Position numbers and translations under genes: made by a program. 64,000 bases of DNA from Thermodesulfobacteriota bacterium (GTDB taxonomy: Bacteria; Desulfobacterota; Desulfarculia; JACQYL01): positions 1,920,001-1,984,000 of the forward strand of contig CAXXLZ010000002.1 of the NCBI GenBank assembly GCA_963675595.2. The letters run 5' to 3'. Shown here piece after piece: positions 1-12,046 of the stretch. The notes below the pieces were generated by a model. It had not been told where the DNA came from. It did no database searches and saw only the letters and a program-made list of their open reading frames with translations. Position 1 is the stretch's first letter; each line of letters opens with the position of its first letter.

Positions 1-591
1 TACGATCTTCTCCCTCTGTCGCTCATCCAGGTTGAAACCCGCGACGACCTCCAACCCGTCCACAGGAGGCTCCCATTTCGAGGAAGACTCGTCCGATCCC
101 GGTGTCTCTTCGCTTTCTCGGAGTTTCCTGAGAAACACATCCACCAGGCGCCCCTCCAAGTCCTCGTCCGCCAAATCGTGGAGCGCCTTTCTCACGGAGT
201 ACGCCAGTTCTTCCGCAGCTCGGCGTTTCAGGTCCAGGAGGAAGCTCTCTTTCTCCCCTTGCACCGCGTCCAGCCATTCCCGGCGAGTCTGTTCCACTTC
301 CTCACGAGCCCGCGCCGTCAGATTCTCTTTCCGCTCCTCCGCTTCTCGTCGGGCTTCACTGAGAATCCTTTCCTTTTCCCGCTCGATCTCAGCCTGTTTT
401 TCCCGGTAGGACTCCGCCTCCCGTTGGGCGGTTGCCTCGGCTTCCTCCGCCTCCCGCAATCGGTCGGCGATTCTGGTTTGTCGGGCGTCCATGGCCCGCA
501 CCACGGGTCCGTACAGGAATTTCTTGAGCAGCGCCACCAGGATCAGGAAGTTGACGATCTGAGCGCCCACGGTGAACCAATCGATGAGCAC
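1..591 (-). CDS. atpF: N-ATPase F0 subunit b, 5' part (runs off window edge)
   Basis: GTG at 591 just after the atpE stop; hand translation MLIDWFTVGAQIVNFLILVALLKKFLYGP is a typical b-subunit N-terminus; absent from the ORF track because it has no stop inside the window. Confidence 0.9.
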   Translation of the reverse strand, partial: MLIDWFTVGAQIVNFLILVALLKKFLYGPVVRAMDARQTRIADRLREAEEAEATAQREAESYREKQAEIEREKERILSEARREAEERKENLTARAREEVEQTRREWLDAVQGEKESFLLDLKRRAAEELAYSVRKALHDLADEDLEGRLVDVFLRKLRESEETPGSDESSSKWEPPVDGLEVVAGFNLDERQREKIV

Positions 592-593
592 GC

Positions 594-872
594 TTATCCT
601 CCGGCCTGCGCGACCACATGATTCCAGAAGGGATTGGCGAATATCAGAATCATGGCGACCACGAAGCAATAAATGGCGGTGGATTCCACCATGGCCAGAC
701 CCACGAACAAGGTCCGCGTGATGGTGGCGGATTCGTCGGGCTGCTGTGCGATGGACTCAAGCGCTTGGGCCAGAGCCCTTCCTTCTCCGAGCGCCGGTCC
801 CACCGACCCGATGGCGATGGTAAGACCCGCGGTCACAACGGAGATCATTCCAATCAGACTCACTTGATCCAC
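594..872 (-). CDS. atpE: N-ATPase F0 subunit c
   Basis: Two hydrophobic helices, QQP loop, GEG and ESTAIY ion-binding motifs. Confidence 0.97.
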   Translation of the reverse strand: MDQVSLIGMISVVTAGLTIAIGSVGPALGEGRALAQALESIAQQPDESATITRTLFVGLAMVESTAIYCFVVAMILIFANPFWNHVVAQAGG

Positions 873-889
873 GAGACGATTCTCCTTCT

Positions 890-1585
890 TTATTCTTTCG
901 GTTTCGTGCCTTCGCCGTCTTCACGACGTTTCACCGCGGCGCCGATGTACACGGTCGTCAGCACGGCAAAGATATACGCCTGGATCATGCCGGTGAGCAG
1001 TCCGAAAGCCCTCATGATCACGGGAAAAATGAGAGGCGATACGGCAAGCAGAATGCCGACGATCATCGTACCGCTCATAATATTGCCGAACAGGCGCACC
1101 GCCAAAGCCAAAGTCCGTGAAAGCTCACCCATGATATTGAAAGGCAACATGAAGACGGAAGGCTGGACGTAGAATTTGAGATATCCGAGGAATCCCCGTT
1201 CACCGATCCCGTATGCGGGCACCGCTACAAAAACGCATGCGGCCAGAGCGGCGGCCGTGGACAAGGAACCCGTGGGCGCCTGATAGAACGGTACAATATC
1301 CAAAAGGTTGCACACCGCGATGAACAGAAACACCGTGCCGATGAACGGCAGGTATTTGCTCGAACTTTCCCTGGCGACCTGGCCGATCTCTCCTTGCATG
1401 TATTGCACGACGATCTCCAGAAGATTCTGGAATCTCGAGATATTGGGACCGGTGGTCAGTCTGCGGGTGATCAGGAACGATCCCACCACCATGATCAGCA
1501 TGACCAGCCAGGAAAACAGGATGGTGGCGTTGAGGGAAACGATCCCCCATTGCCAAATTACGATTCCGTCGGGAGTAATCTGCAT
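890..1585 (-). CDS. atpB: N-ATPase F0 subunit a
   Basis: LSRTLALAVRLFGNI and IQAYIF motifs; start placed at MQITPD rather than at the Arg-rich upstream extension. Confidence 0.95.
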   Translation of the reverse strand: MQITPDGIVIWQWGIVSLNATILFSWLVMLIMVVGSFLITRRLTTGPNISRFQNLLEIVVQYMQGEIGQVARESSSKYLPFIGTVFLFIAVCNLLDIVPFYQAPTGSLSTAAALAACVFVAVPAYGIGERGFLGYLKFYVQPSVFMLPFNIMGELSRTLALAVRLFGNIMSGTMIVGILLAVSPLIFPVIMRAFGLLTGMIQAYIFAVLTTVYIGAAVKRREDGEGTKPKE

Positions 1586-1700
1586 GGTGCTTTTCCGGCT
1601 CTCCTCTCGGACGAACGACGGTACGACGTCGTCCTCGGAGTCACATCGCAAAAAGGTTCGCCGCCTCCGTCCCCTGTGCCTTCGGTACGGCCTTATCTCT

Positions 1701-1991
1701 TCACTTGGGCTCATCCAAAGCGGGTTTCAGGAGACGCACCGTGACTTCCCTGGCCAGAAAGAAACCGGCCACCGCCACTGCGGTCCACCACCAACGATGG
1801 GCCGCGAGGAACGCGAAAACCGCCAAGACTACGCCCGTGCGCAGCACGAAACTCAGTCCCAGGAGTCGGCCGGGCTTGCGCACCCGACGCAGTCTCCTCA
1901 CCGTAGCCCAGAGCCCTCCGAAATAGAAGACGCCCAGCGCGATTCCAACGACCAGCACGGCAACTAGTTCCATGAGTTGGGAAGCGGTCAC
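1701..1991 (-). CDS. atpR: N-ATPase AtpR membrane subunit
   Basis: Small hydrophobic protein with YFGGLWATVRR and SFVLR, located between atpQ and atpB. Confidence 0.85.
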   Translation of the reverse strand: MTASQLMELVAVLVVGIALGVFYFGGLWATVRRLRRVRKPGRLLGLSFVLRTGVVLAVFAFLAAHRWWWTAVAVAGFFLAREVTVRLLKPALDEPK

Positions 1992-2303
1992 TTTTTCTCA
2001 CTCTCCCGTTTAACCCAATACCAGGCGTTGAGGCATCCCAGCGCCACACCCGCCACCAGGCAGGTCAAAGTCCAGGATATACGGCCGGGATAAGTCATAT
2101 CGAGCCACACACCCACCGCGATGCCCGCCACGGAAGGAATGGCCACGGACCATCCCACCAGCCCGAACATGCCCAGTCCGAACCAGACCTCGCGTCCCTT
2201 GGAGGCCCGCCCCTCGGATTTTCTTTCTTCTTGGTGAATCACTCGGGAACGGACCCGTTCTTCGTGCCGGCGATACTTGGGCTTGGATTCGGGACCGGTC
2301 TTG

Positions 2304-2311
<8 letters not shown>
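1988..2311 (-). CDS. atpQ: AtpZ/AtpI-family protein (N-ATPase AtpQ)
   Basis: GLGMFGLVGWSVAIP...GCLNAWYWV motif; operon position; 4-nt overlap with atpR. Confidence 0.85.
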
Positions 2312-4128
<1,817 letters not shown>

Positions 4129-4328
4129 TTACCATACTCCACTCCGGCCTTGACGACCCGCGCCCGGCCCATTCTTTTGGTGCTGCATTCCCGGTACGGT
4201 CGGACAGTACATCCCAACCGAGCACCGGCCCCTCGGCGACCCCAAACACCCGTATATTGTCTCCGCCCCCGGGCTTCGAGTCAAAGGGTCTTATTCCGTC
4301 GTGCGAAATCCGGGGCTGTACGGGCTGT

Positions 4329-7300
4329 TCACGTAAGTTCTTCCTCTTTGATTCCGAAGAAGAACGAGTACAGCACCGGGACGACCAGCAAGGTCAGCAC
4401 GGTGCCGAAGGTCAGCCCACCCACAATGGTGACGGCCATACCCACGAAGAATACGTCTTTGAACAACGGGATCATGCCCAGGACCGTGGTAAGGGAGGCC
4501 ATGGTAACGGGACGCAGGCGACTCACCGCCGAGTCGAGCACGGCCGTATGCGCCGCTTTTCCGGAACGAATCTCAAGATCGATCTGGTCTATAAGCACCA
4601 CGGCGTTCTTGATGATCATACCGGAGAGACCCAAGTAACCCAGAATGCACATGAACCCGAAAGGCAGCCCGGTGAGCAGCAATCCCGCGGTGACCCCGAT
4701 GCTCATCAAAGGCAGGCACAGGAAGATGATGAGCGTTTGGCGGACCGCGTTGAACATCACCACCACGGTGAAGACCATGGCCAGGAAGAAAACCGGCACC
4801 ATTTGAAACAGTCCTTTCTGCGCGTCCACCGTGCTTTCATAGTCTCCTCCCCATTCCAGCGCATATCCCACCGGAAGGGGGATGGCTTCGATCCGGGGAC
4901 GAAGGCGTTCCAGGAGCACACTCGGGTTGCCCACCAAAGGGTTGCATTGGGCCGTTATGGTCCGCCTGCGGTTGAGACGGCGAATGACGGGGTCCTCCCA
5001 CCGCGTATCCATGCCGGCGACGATCTGAAGCAGTGGGACCGCCTTGCCCGTGACCGGGCTGAATACCACGATATCCCTCATGTCTTCCACGGCTTCCCGC
5101 TCTTCCTCGGGAGCCCGTACAATCATGGGAATCAGCTTGTCGTCCTCGCGATAGACGCCCACGGTCTTTCCGGAAAAATTCATGGCCGACGCGCCGGCGA
5201 TCTGCGACCGGGTGATACCCAGGCGCCGGGCCGCCGCTTCATCCACCCGGGGCCTCAGCACGGGTACGGGCTCCCTCCAATCGCTTCGAATGTCCACGGC
5301 CAGGGGATCCGCCGCCATCACGGCCTCGGCCTCCTTGCACAAACGCCGAAGAACCTTCGGGTCCGGTCCGCTGAATCGTGCCTCGATATCGGAGCCTTGA
5401 CCCGGACCGCGCCTGAATTTCTTCAGTTCGAAATTCGCATTGGGAAAGTGGGTCGGAATGTAGCCGCGCAAGCCGTCAATCAGGGAATCGATGGTTCTGT
5501 GGTCCTTCACCGTAGCGAGAATCTGACCGTACGCGGGGTTCGGCATTTCCGGTTCATAGGTGAGAACAAAGCGCAACGCCCCCCGGCCCATGAACGTCGT
5601 GGTTGCGGCTACCTCGTCCAAGCCTACCAAGTAGGTCTCAAGCCTCCGAAGGTCTTCGGAAACGTCTGCGATGTGCGTGCCCTCCGCACGCCAAAAATTG
5701 ACCATGAACTGATTTCGGCTGTCGTTGGGAAACAGGTTGGTTTCGATGCGACTGAACCCCGCCAGGGCGGCGATCAGGACCACGATGAGCCCAACCAGAA
5801 ACAGGGAACGGTGATGCAGGCAAAGATGAAGAATACGCCGATAGGCCTGGTAGATGCGGCCTCCATAAGGGTCCGAAGCTTGGTCGGCGGGGATTTTTCT
5901 CAGGAATTGTATGCAGAAAAGGGGCGTCAAAGTGATGGCCAGCACCCAACTCAATCCCAGGGACAAAGCCATGACCTGGAACAGGCTTTTGAGAAATTCC
6001 CCGGTGGTATCTTCGGAGGTACCGATGGCGGCGAAGGCCAGGACCGCCACCAAGGTGGCGCCCAACAGCGGCCAGGCGGTTTGGGAGACGGTTTCGAGGG
6101 CGGCGGCCCTCCTGCCCGTGCCCTGCCGGACCCGGACCAGGATGCCTTCGGTAACCACGATGGCGTTATCCACCAGCATACCCAGGGCAAGGATGAGGGC
6201 TCCCAGAGAAATCAGCTGAAAATCCACCGCCAGGAGCTTCATGCCGATGAACGTACCGAAGATGGTCAGGAGCAGAATGGCTCCCATGAGCAGTCCGCTC
6301 GCCAACCCCATGGTCGCGCACAGCACGAAGATGACGATGGCCACGGCCTCCACGAGGTTGACGATAAACGCCTTCACCGAGTCGGCCACCAACTCGGACT
6401 GATACGCGATGAAATCCAGTTCCACGCCCACCGGTATTTTACTCATCAACTCATTGATGCGGCGGCCCACGGCCTCTCCCATGTCCACCACGTTCCCTCC
6501 GTCCACGGTAGAGATGCCCAGGCCCAGGGCGGGCTTGCCGTTGTGGCGCAGCATCCAGGTCGGCGGGTCCTGATAGGTCCTGCGGATGGTCACCAAATCC
6601 TTGAGGTAGATCAGGTTGCCGTGCCCGTCGCTTTGCACGAACAGGTTTCCCAGGTCGTCAACCGACTGGAATTCACCGGTGGGATTAAGGCGGATATAAT
6701 CGTGGCCGACTTTCACTTTCCCCGCGGACGTCACCATGTTCTGCCCGCCGATAGTGTTCAGGATCGAATCCATGGAAATGCCCAATTCGGCCATGCGGGC
6801 CCGCGACAACTCCAGTTCAATGGTTTCCCCCTGATCGCCCCAAAGCTCCACACCGGCCACCCCCCGCACCAGAAGGAGCTCCCGCTGAAGGAAATCCGCG
6901 GCCTCCTTGAGTTCCTCATAACTGAAGCCCTCCCCCGTCAAGGCGAAGAACACGCCGTACACGTCGCCGAAATCATCGTTGACTATGGAGGGCCCCGCCC
7001 CGGAGGGAAGCAGTGCTTGAGCGTCGGATATTTTGCGGCGAAGTTCATCCCAAATTTGGGGTATGGCGCTGGAATCGTATTTGTCTTTGATATCCACATA
7101 GATGATTGAAGAACCGGCACGCGAGATGGAGCGGACCTTCTTGATCTGGGAGAGCTGCTGTACCGCTTTCTCCAGCCGGTCCGTGACCTCCGGTTCCACC
7201 TCTTCGGCCGAAGCGCCGGGGTAGGCGGTGGACACCAGGGCCGTCTTGATGGTGAATGTCGGAAATTCCAGTTTGCCCACCTTTTCATAGGCCCACACTC

Positions 7301-7373
7301 CGCCGCCGACGAGAATCAGAATCACGAAATAGGCAACGGTCTTTTTGGAAATCGCGTATTCGGTGACCTTCAT
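4329..7373 (-). CDS. RND efflux transporter permease (AcrB/AcrD/AcrF family)
   Basis: 1014 aa with two transmembrane blocks; GMLVDNAIVV, GMIIKNAVVL and SRLRPV proton-relay motifs. Confidence 0.95.
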   Translation of the reverse strand: MKVTEYAISKKTVAYFVILILVGGGVWAYEKVGKLEFPTFTIKTALVSTAYPGASAEEVEPEVTDRLEKAVQQLSQIKKVRSISRAGSSIIYVDIKDKYDSSAIPQIWDELRRKISDAQALLPSGAGPSIVNDDFGDVYGVFFALTGEGFSYEELKEAADFLQRELLLVRGVAGVELWGDQGETIELELSRARMAELGISMDSILNTIGGQNMVTSAGKVKVGHDYIRLNPTGEFQSVDDLGNLFVQSDGHGNLIYLKDLVTIRRTYQDPPTWMLRHNGKPALGLGISTVDGGNVVDMGEAVGRRINELMSKIPVGVELDFIAYQSELVADSVKAFIVNLVEAVAIVIFVLCATMGLASGLLMGAILLLTIFGTFIGMKLLAVDFQLISLGALILALGMLVDNAIVVTEGILVRVRQGTGRRAAALETVSQTAWPLLGATLVAVLAFAAIGTSEDTTGEFLKSLFQVMALSLGLSWVLAITLTPLFCIQFLRKIPADQASDPYGGRIYQAYRRILHLCLHHRSLFLVGLIVVLIAALAGFSRIETNLFPNDSRNQFMVNFWRAEGTHIADVSEDLRRLETYLVGLDEVAATTTFMGRGALRFVLTYEPEMPNPAYGQILATVKDHRTIDSLIDGLRGYIPTHFPNANFELKKFRRGPGQGSDIEARFSGPDPKVLRRLCKEAEAVMAADPLAVDIRSDWREPVPVLRPRVDEAAARRLGITRSQIAGASAMNFSGKTVGVYREDDKLIPMIVRAPEEEREAVEDMRDIVVFSPVTGKAVPLLQIVAGMDTRWEDPVIRRLNRRRTITAQCNPLVGNPSVLLERLRPRIEAIPLPVGYALEWGGDYESTVDAQKGLFQMVPVFFLAMVFTVVVMFNAVRQTLIIFLCLPLMSIGVTAGLLLTGLPFGFMCILGYLGLSGMIIKNAVVLIDQIDLEIRSGKAAHTAVLDSAVSRLRPVTMASLTTVLGMIPLFKDVFFVGMAVTIVGGLTFGTVLTLLVVPVLYSFFFGIKEEELT

Positions 7374-8688
7374 GGACGGTCCCTCGAATCTTCGTCGAGA
7401 AGCCGCACTTCCTGTTCCTCCCGGAGAAACCGGGCCCCGGCCGTGACCAGCCGATCACCCGGCGAAAGGCCGGAAACCACGCCAACGGCGTCTCCACTGA
7501 GACCCGCGGTGACGACCCTTGTTTTCCGGACACGGTAGGTCGTGGGGTCGATGCGCCAAACGGCGGGATGTCCTTCCGCATCGGCGAACACCGCAGCGGT
7601 CGGCACCACGAAGCCGGTGTCCCCCTCTCCCGTCCTCCCGAGGGAAACGCTCACCATGGCGGCCATTCCGGGTTCCACGATCACCTCGTCGGGAACATGT
7701 AGAATCACGGTCATGGGATAACTCTGGTTGGCGCTGTCGGTCTTGCGCCCGATCTCCTTTAGAGTCGCCTGGAAACGACGATTGGCATAGGCGCTGAGCG
7801 TGCAGCGGATTTCGGCGAACGATGCCCTACGGATGACCAGGTCTTCAGGCACGGTGGTACGCACTTCCACATCGGAAAGATCGAGAAGGGACAGGACGGG
7901 AACTCCGGCGTCCACGTTTTCGTGGTTCTCCAGGTACTTGCGATTGACCACCCCGTCGAAGGGAGCCTTGAGCTTGGTGTCGTCCAAGGCGTTTTTCGCG
8001 GCCCGCAGGTCTGCGGTCAATCGTTGGATTCCCGCCTCGGCGGCTTCGATATCTTCGGCGCGTGCGCCGCTCCGGGCCTTCGTCAATTCTTGTATGCGAG
8101 CGTCCACCGTTGCCTTGGCCGTATGATACGCGGCCTCGGCTTCATCGAATCGAGCTTGTGAGATGACTTCATTGGACAGCAGTTTCTTCAATCGATCGAA
8201 ATTCTTTTCCGCTTCGGTGAATCGGGCTCGAGCCGCGGCCAGTTCGCCTCCAATGCGGCCACGTCCTCCGCCCGCGCGCCGGCACGCATGGCTTTGAGCG
8301 CCGCACGGGCTTCATCCAGGGAAGCCGTCAAACGCTTCACGTTGACCTGAAAATCCCTTGGATCGATTCGAGCAAGCTCTTCGCCCTGTTCCACCCGCCG
8401 GCCGATGCGAACGTTCAGCTCGATCAAAGGCCCGCTCACCCGAAAGGCTAGGTCGGCTTCAGACGCCGCCTGGACCAACCCGGGAAACACGCGGGTTTCA
8501 GACGCGGTCGTTTCAGACAAAACCATGCTCTTCACGGGTCGAGCCGTGGGTGCGGAAGCTGCCGTTTTGTCTTCCGGGCTTCCGCAGCGGTGGAACCACA
8601 CGAGCCCCGCGACCAGCAGGATCCCGAATGCCGCGAGTCCCGCGACGATCCTTTTCCTCCTATTGAAGATCGGATTCTTGCCGTTCAC
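7370..8688 (-). pseudogene. RND periplasmic adaptor (MFP) split by a 1-nt frameshift near 8245
   Basis: Upstream frame ...EDVAALEA continues in another frame as LAAARARFTEAEKNFDRLKKLL; LAFRVSG and LKAPFDG lipoyl half-motifs lie on either side; either a real mutation or an assembly error. Confidence 0.85.
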
Positions 8689-9004
8689 GGTTGCATTTCC
8701 TCTGTTTGCACGTGAGTCTGCCTTCCTCGGTCAACACATAATGATTGATCAGGCCGAACTCCGAAAAAGCCGAAGCCAGCCGCACTCCCAGGGGGCTCTT
8801 GCCCGCTCCGAAGATGTCCCCGTGACGATGAATGATGACGCAGAGATCGTTACGCAAGACCATGTCCCGATACAGTGCGATCTCTACGAGTTCGTCGTCG
8901 CACTCGGACAAGGTCAGTTGATGAAAGGAGGCAAGGGCCTCGTCCGCGACGACTTGCGAATAAGACCGTAGATGCACGATTTCAATCCAATCCATGGCCG
9001 GCAT
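8660..9004 (-). CDS. Hypothetical protein, first gene of the efflux operon
   Basis: Purine-rich RBS before ATG at 9004; lies downstream of a sigma54 promoter; overlaps the adaptor start. Confidence 0.6.
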   Translation of the reverse strand: MPAMDWIEIVHLRSYSQVVADEALASFHQLTLSECDDELVEIALYRDMVLRNDLCVIIHRHGDIFGAGKSPLGVRLASAFSEFGLINHYVLTEEGRLTCKQRKCNRERQESDLQ

Positions 9005-9053
9005 GGTTTTCCTTTTTCCGCCAAAAGCGGCTTCGGTTTTTTGGGGAAGGAGA

Positions 9054-9070
9054 TGCCGGAATCGTGCCAA
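9054..9070 (-). promoter_or_regulatory. sigma54 -24/-12 promoter
   Basis: Minus strand TTGGCACGATTCCGGCA: TGGCACG with exact GG-N10-GC spacing. Confidence 0.75.
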
Positions 9071-9086
9071 ATATATTCCGATTTTA

Positions 9087-9099
9087 AATCAAGCAGTTA
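9087..9099 (+). promoter_or_regulatory. IHF binding site
   Basis: AATCAAGCAGTTA matches WATCAANNNNTTR exactly and sits between the promoter and the palindrome. Confidence 0.7.
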
Positions 9100-9119
9100 G
9101 AAAGACTCGCCCACTCAAT

Positions 9120-9156
9120 CCGTCACATATGAAAGTATGTCTTTCATATGTGACGG
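9120..9156. promoter_or_regulatory. Perfect 16-bp inverted repeat, candidate enhancer/operator
   Basis: CCGTCACATATGAAAG-tatgt-CTTTCATATGTGACGG; a related half-site GTTACATATGAA lies at about 9173-9184. Confidence 0.7.
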
Positions 9157-9224
9157 GAAAGAGGTAAACTCTGTTACATATGAAGGTGTCACCGGCGGGT
9201 CACGCGCTCGGGGAGGGGGAGGCG

Positions 9225-10814
9225 ATGAGCTCGAAAGAGACGAATACCATGGTGGACGAAAATGACTTCTTCCGGCAGGCGACATTGCGGATCGCCGGCA
9301 GCCTGAACATAGAAATCGCCATGAAGCGATGTCTGGATTTCCTCAAGACGCACATCCCGGCGTCGGGTATGCTGTTTGCCCTATACGATCCGGGCCTCAA
9401 CGTGGGAAAGATTCTCGCATTTATCGGTCTCTCCGATTTCAAGAAACCGGACGAGACCATCTCCATGCCCATGGAATTCCGGCACTGGTTCACGGAGAGA
9501 TGGAACCAAGATCCGGGAATCACGATCATCAACGACGTCGACCTCGAAGAACCTCCCGTTCGAAAGATATTGTCATTTCTTTGGCCCCCGGAAACCTCCC
9601 ATCTCATGATGGACCTGGAACTGGAGAAGAAACGGCTCGGCAATCTGAATCTGTTCGTAGAGGGCAAGAACCGGTACAACGAATATCACGGCCGGCTCCT
9701 TTCACTCCTGCACGAGCCCTTTGCCGTGGCCTTATCCAACATCCTCCAACATCAGGAGATTCAACGGCTCAAAGACCTGTTGGCGGATGACAACCGGTAT
9801 CTTCATCAGGAAATGCACAGGATCACGGGCGATACGATCATCGGCGCCAACTTCGGGCTCAAGACCACCATGGAAATGGTGAGTCAGGTCGCTCCGCTGG
9901 ACAGCCCGGTGCTCCTGTTGGGAGACACCGGCGTGGGCAAAGAAGTCATCGCCAATGCCATCCACTTCTCCTCCAAACGCAGAAACGGCCCCTACATTAC
10001 GGTGAACTGCGGAGCCATCCCGGAGACCCTCATCGACAGCGAACTGTTCGGTCATGAAAGAGGCGCTTTCACCGGGGCCATATCCAAGAAACGGGGACGT
10101 TTCGAGCGGGCCCATACCGGCACGATCTTTCTCGACGAGATCGGCGACCTTCCTCCGGCCGCGCAGGTTCGCCTGCTTCGGGTACTCCAACAGCGTGAGT
10201 TCGAAAGGGTCGGCGGTACGGAAACCATCTCCGTGGACGTGCGCGTCATCAGCGCCACCAACCGAAATCTGGAAGCCATGGTACGTTCCGGTCGGTTTCG
10301 GGAAGATCTGTGGTTCCGGCTCAACGTGTTTCCCATCGCCATCCCCCCCCTGCGACGCCGCAGCGAGGACATTCCGGCCCTGGTCATTCACTTCCTGGAA
10401 CGCAAATGCAGAGAGCTGAAGATACGAAACCTCCCCTCCCCGGCTCCGGGAGTGTTGGACAGACTCCAGGCATACGATTGGCCGGGCAATGTGCGCGAGT
10501 TGGAAAACCTGGTGGAACGGGAACTGATTCTTCACCAAATCACGGGCGGCGAAGGACTTCTGCGATTCGAGACCCTATCGGCGTCCGCGGTTGCGGACAA
10601 CCGCCCCACGGCCCTGCGCCCGAGCGAAGAAGTGCTCCCGCTGAATCAGGTAATACGGAGTCATATGGAAAAAGCGTTGCGCCGTTCGGGAGGCAGGGTG
10701 GAAGGCAAACATGGAGCCGCCCGGATGTTGGGTCTCCATCCGAGCACGTTGCGCGCCCGCATGAGAAAGTTGGGAATCTCCTTCGGAAGAGGGGTGATGC
10801 AGGAGGAACCTTGA
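9225..10814 (+). CDS. sigma54-dependent transcriptional activator (GAF-like, AAA+, Fis HTH)
   Basis: GDTGVGKE, GAFTGA, FLDEIG and WPGNVREL motifs, plus a C-terminal HTH. Confidence 0.95.
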   Translation: MSSKETNTMVDENDFFRQATLRIAGSLNIEIAMKRCLDFLKTHIPASGMLFALYDPGLNVGKILAFIGLSDFKKPDETISMPMEFRHWFTERWNQDPGITIINDVDLEEPPVRKILSFLWPPETSHLMMDLELEKKRLGNLNLFVEGKNRYNEYHGRLLSLLHEPFAVALSNILQHQEIQRLKDLLADDNRYLHQEMHRITGDTIIGANFGLKTTMEMVSQVAPLDSPVLLLGDTGVGKEVIANAIHFSSKRRNGPYITVNCGAIPETLIDSELFGHERGAFTGAISKKRGRFERAHTGTIFLDEIGDLPPAAQVRLLRVLQQREFERVGGTETISVDVRVISATNRNLEAMVRSGRFREDLWFRLNVFPIAIPPLRRRSEDIPALVIHFLERKCRELKIRNLPSPAPGVLDRLQAYDWPGNVRELENLVERELILHQITGGEGLLRFETLSASAVADNRPTALRPSEEVLPLNQVIRSHMEKALRRSGGRVEGKHGAARMLGLHPSTLRARMRKLGISFGRGVMQEEP

Positions 10815-10974
10815 TCTCAGTCCGGTTGACCCGGAGTTCACGCAGCCCTTTCTTGAAAATCCGTCGGGCGTATATGGAGAAACGGAGGTTCTCGGCTCCG
10901 TCGGACGGCGGAAGTCCGCAATCCCGGCGCGGCCCGACGAAGGGGAATTACCGTCCGTTTCGGCACTCAATCGA

Positions 10975-11307
10975 TCAGTTCAGGAAGGCGTTGGCGGCCT
11001 CCTCGGGCACGGCGACCCGGCCTCGACCGATGTGAGCCAGGAATTGGTCCGCATAAACGCCGTCGGGTACGGGCACCACGTTCATCTTGTATCCGAAGGA
11101 ATCGGCGATGATCCTCGATCGTGTCTCCATCACGGCCTCCAGGTCCTCCAATGTGGTGCATTCCCTCTGAGCCAATATGGTGCTGTCTTGAGGGAATCGG
11201 ACGCGGCAGACCACCTTTGGACGGTTCCCGCTTTCCAGGTAAAGAACGCACAAATAGTCGATGCGCTCCCCCTTCACGAGAATGACTTTCTTCATTTGGT
11301 GATTCAT
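10975..11307 (-). CDS. Hypothetical protein
   Basis: 110 aa ORF with a GAGAGG RBS and an upstream sigma70-like promoter. Confidence 0.65.
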   Translation of the reverse strand: MNHQMKKVILVKGERIDYLCVLYLESGNRPKVVCRVRFPQDSTILAQRECTTLEDLEAVMETRSRIIADSFGYKMNVVPVPDGVYADQFLAHIGRGRVAVPEEAANAFLN

Positions 11308-11428
11308 GACGTCGCCGGACCTCTCTTGTTAAAGGTTCGGACACCGGATGACGACCGGGGGCTTCGCTCGGACGGTTGGGGAAGGCAAAGAAACTCTACA
11401 CGCAGCGTTTACACGTTTGATGGCTTAA

Positions 11429-11457
11429 ATAGTAAGGCTCCTCCTCCTTCCTGTCAA
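11429..11457 (-). promoter_or_regulatory. sigma70-type promoter
   Basis: TTGACA-N17-TACTAT on the minus strand. Confidence 0.6.
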
Positions 11458-11567
11458 TTCACGCCCGTATCGAACCTCTAGGCCCGGCTGGAGCGATTCG
11501 GGCCGCCGTGCCCGCTGTTTCGTTTCCGCCGTCGGGTCTAATTTCGTTGACAATTCCCAACGTCCAA

Positions 11568-11730
11568 GGTTAAGAGAAAAGCAATGATCGCATCGAGGGA
11601 AGGCGGTGAAAAACCGCCACTGCCCGGCAGCTGTTAGAAGGGACGAAAGCCGGAACAAAGCCACTGTCCTTCAGAGGATGGGAAGGCCCGGCCGGTAGGA
11701 TGATCTTCGAGTCAGAAAACCTCGAGCGAG
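11568..11730 (+). ncRNA. Cobalamin riboswitch
   Basis: GGGAA-GGCGGTGAAAAACCGCC-ACTGCCC, GCCACTG...GGGAAGGC and AGTCAGAAAACCT B12-box elements, upstream of a cobaltochelatase; boundaries approximate. Confidence 0.9.
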
Positions 11731-12046
11731 GGAGATGAATTCCATCCTGGGAGTGGAAATAATCGATGTGTGCACGGCTTCAAAGTTCCCGGTTCGGAGT
11801 GGTCACTTCGCCGGGTTTTTCATGCCCGCCTCCCTCCGGCCTTTCCCGAATCCTCCATCTCTCGGCATCCGCCGTCCCCCAAGGAATTCCCTCCCATCCA
11901 TGTGACGCGATCACATCGCGACATTTCTTCAATTCTTGCCGCCCTTTCCTACGAAGGCGTCCTCTTTCCAAAGAGCGATCGGCTGTTCGGAACGTTGGGA
12001 GCGGCGAATCCGGTCTCGGCAATCGCCGGTTGGGATGGAACAAGCT

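Noticed and set aside
4257-7109. 950-aa plus-strand ORF and similar long antisense ORFs (e.g. 25905-27509, 39339-40925, 54268-55665)
   Set aside because: They are shadows of well-supported genes on the opposite strand in high-GC DNA and carry no family motifs.
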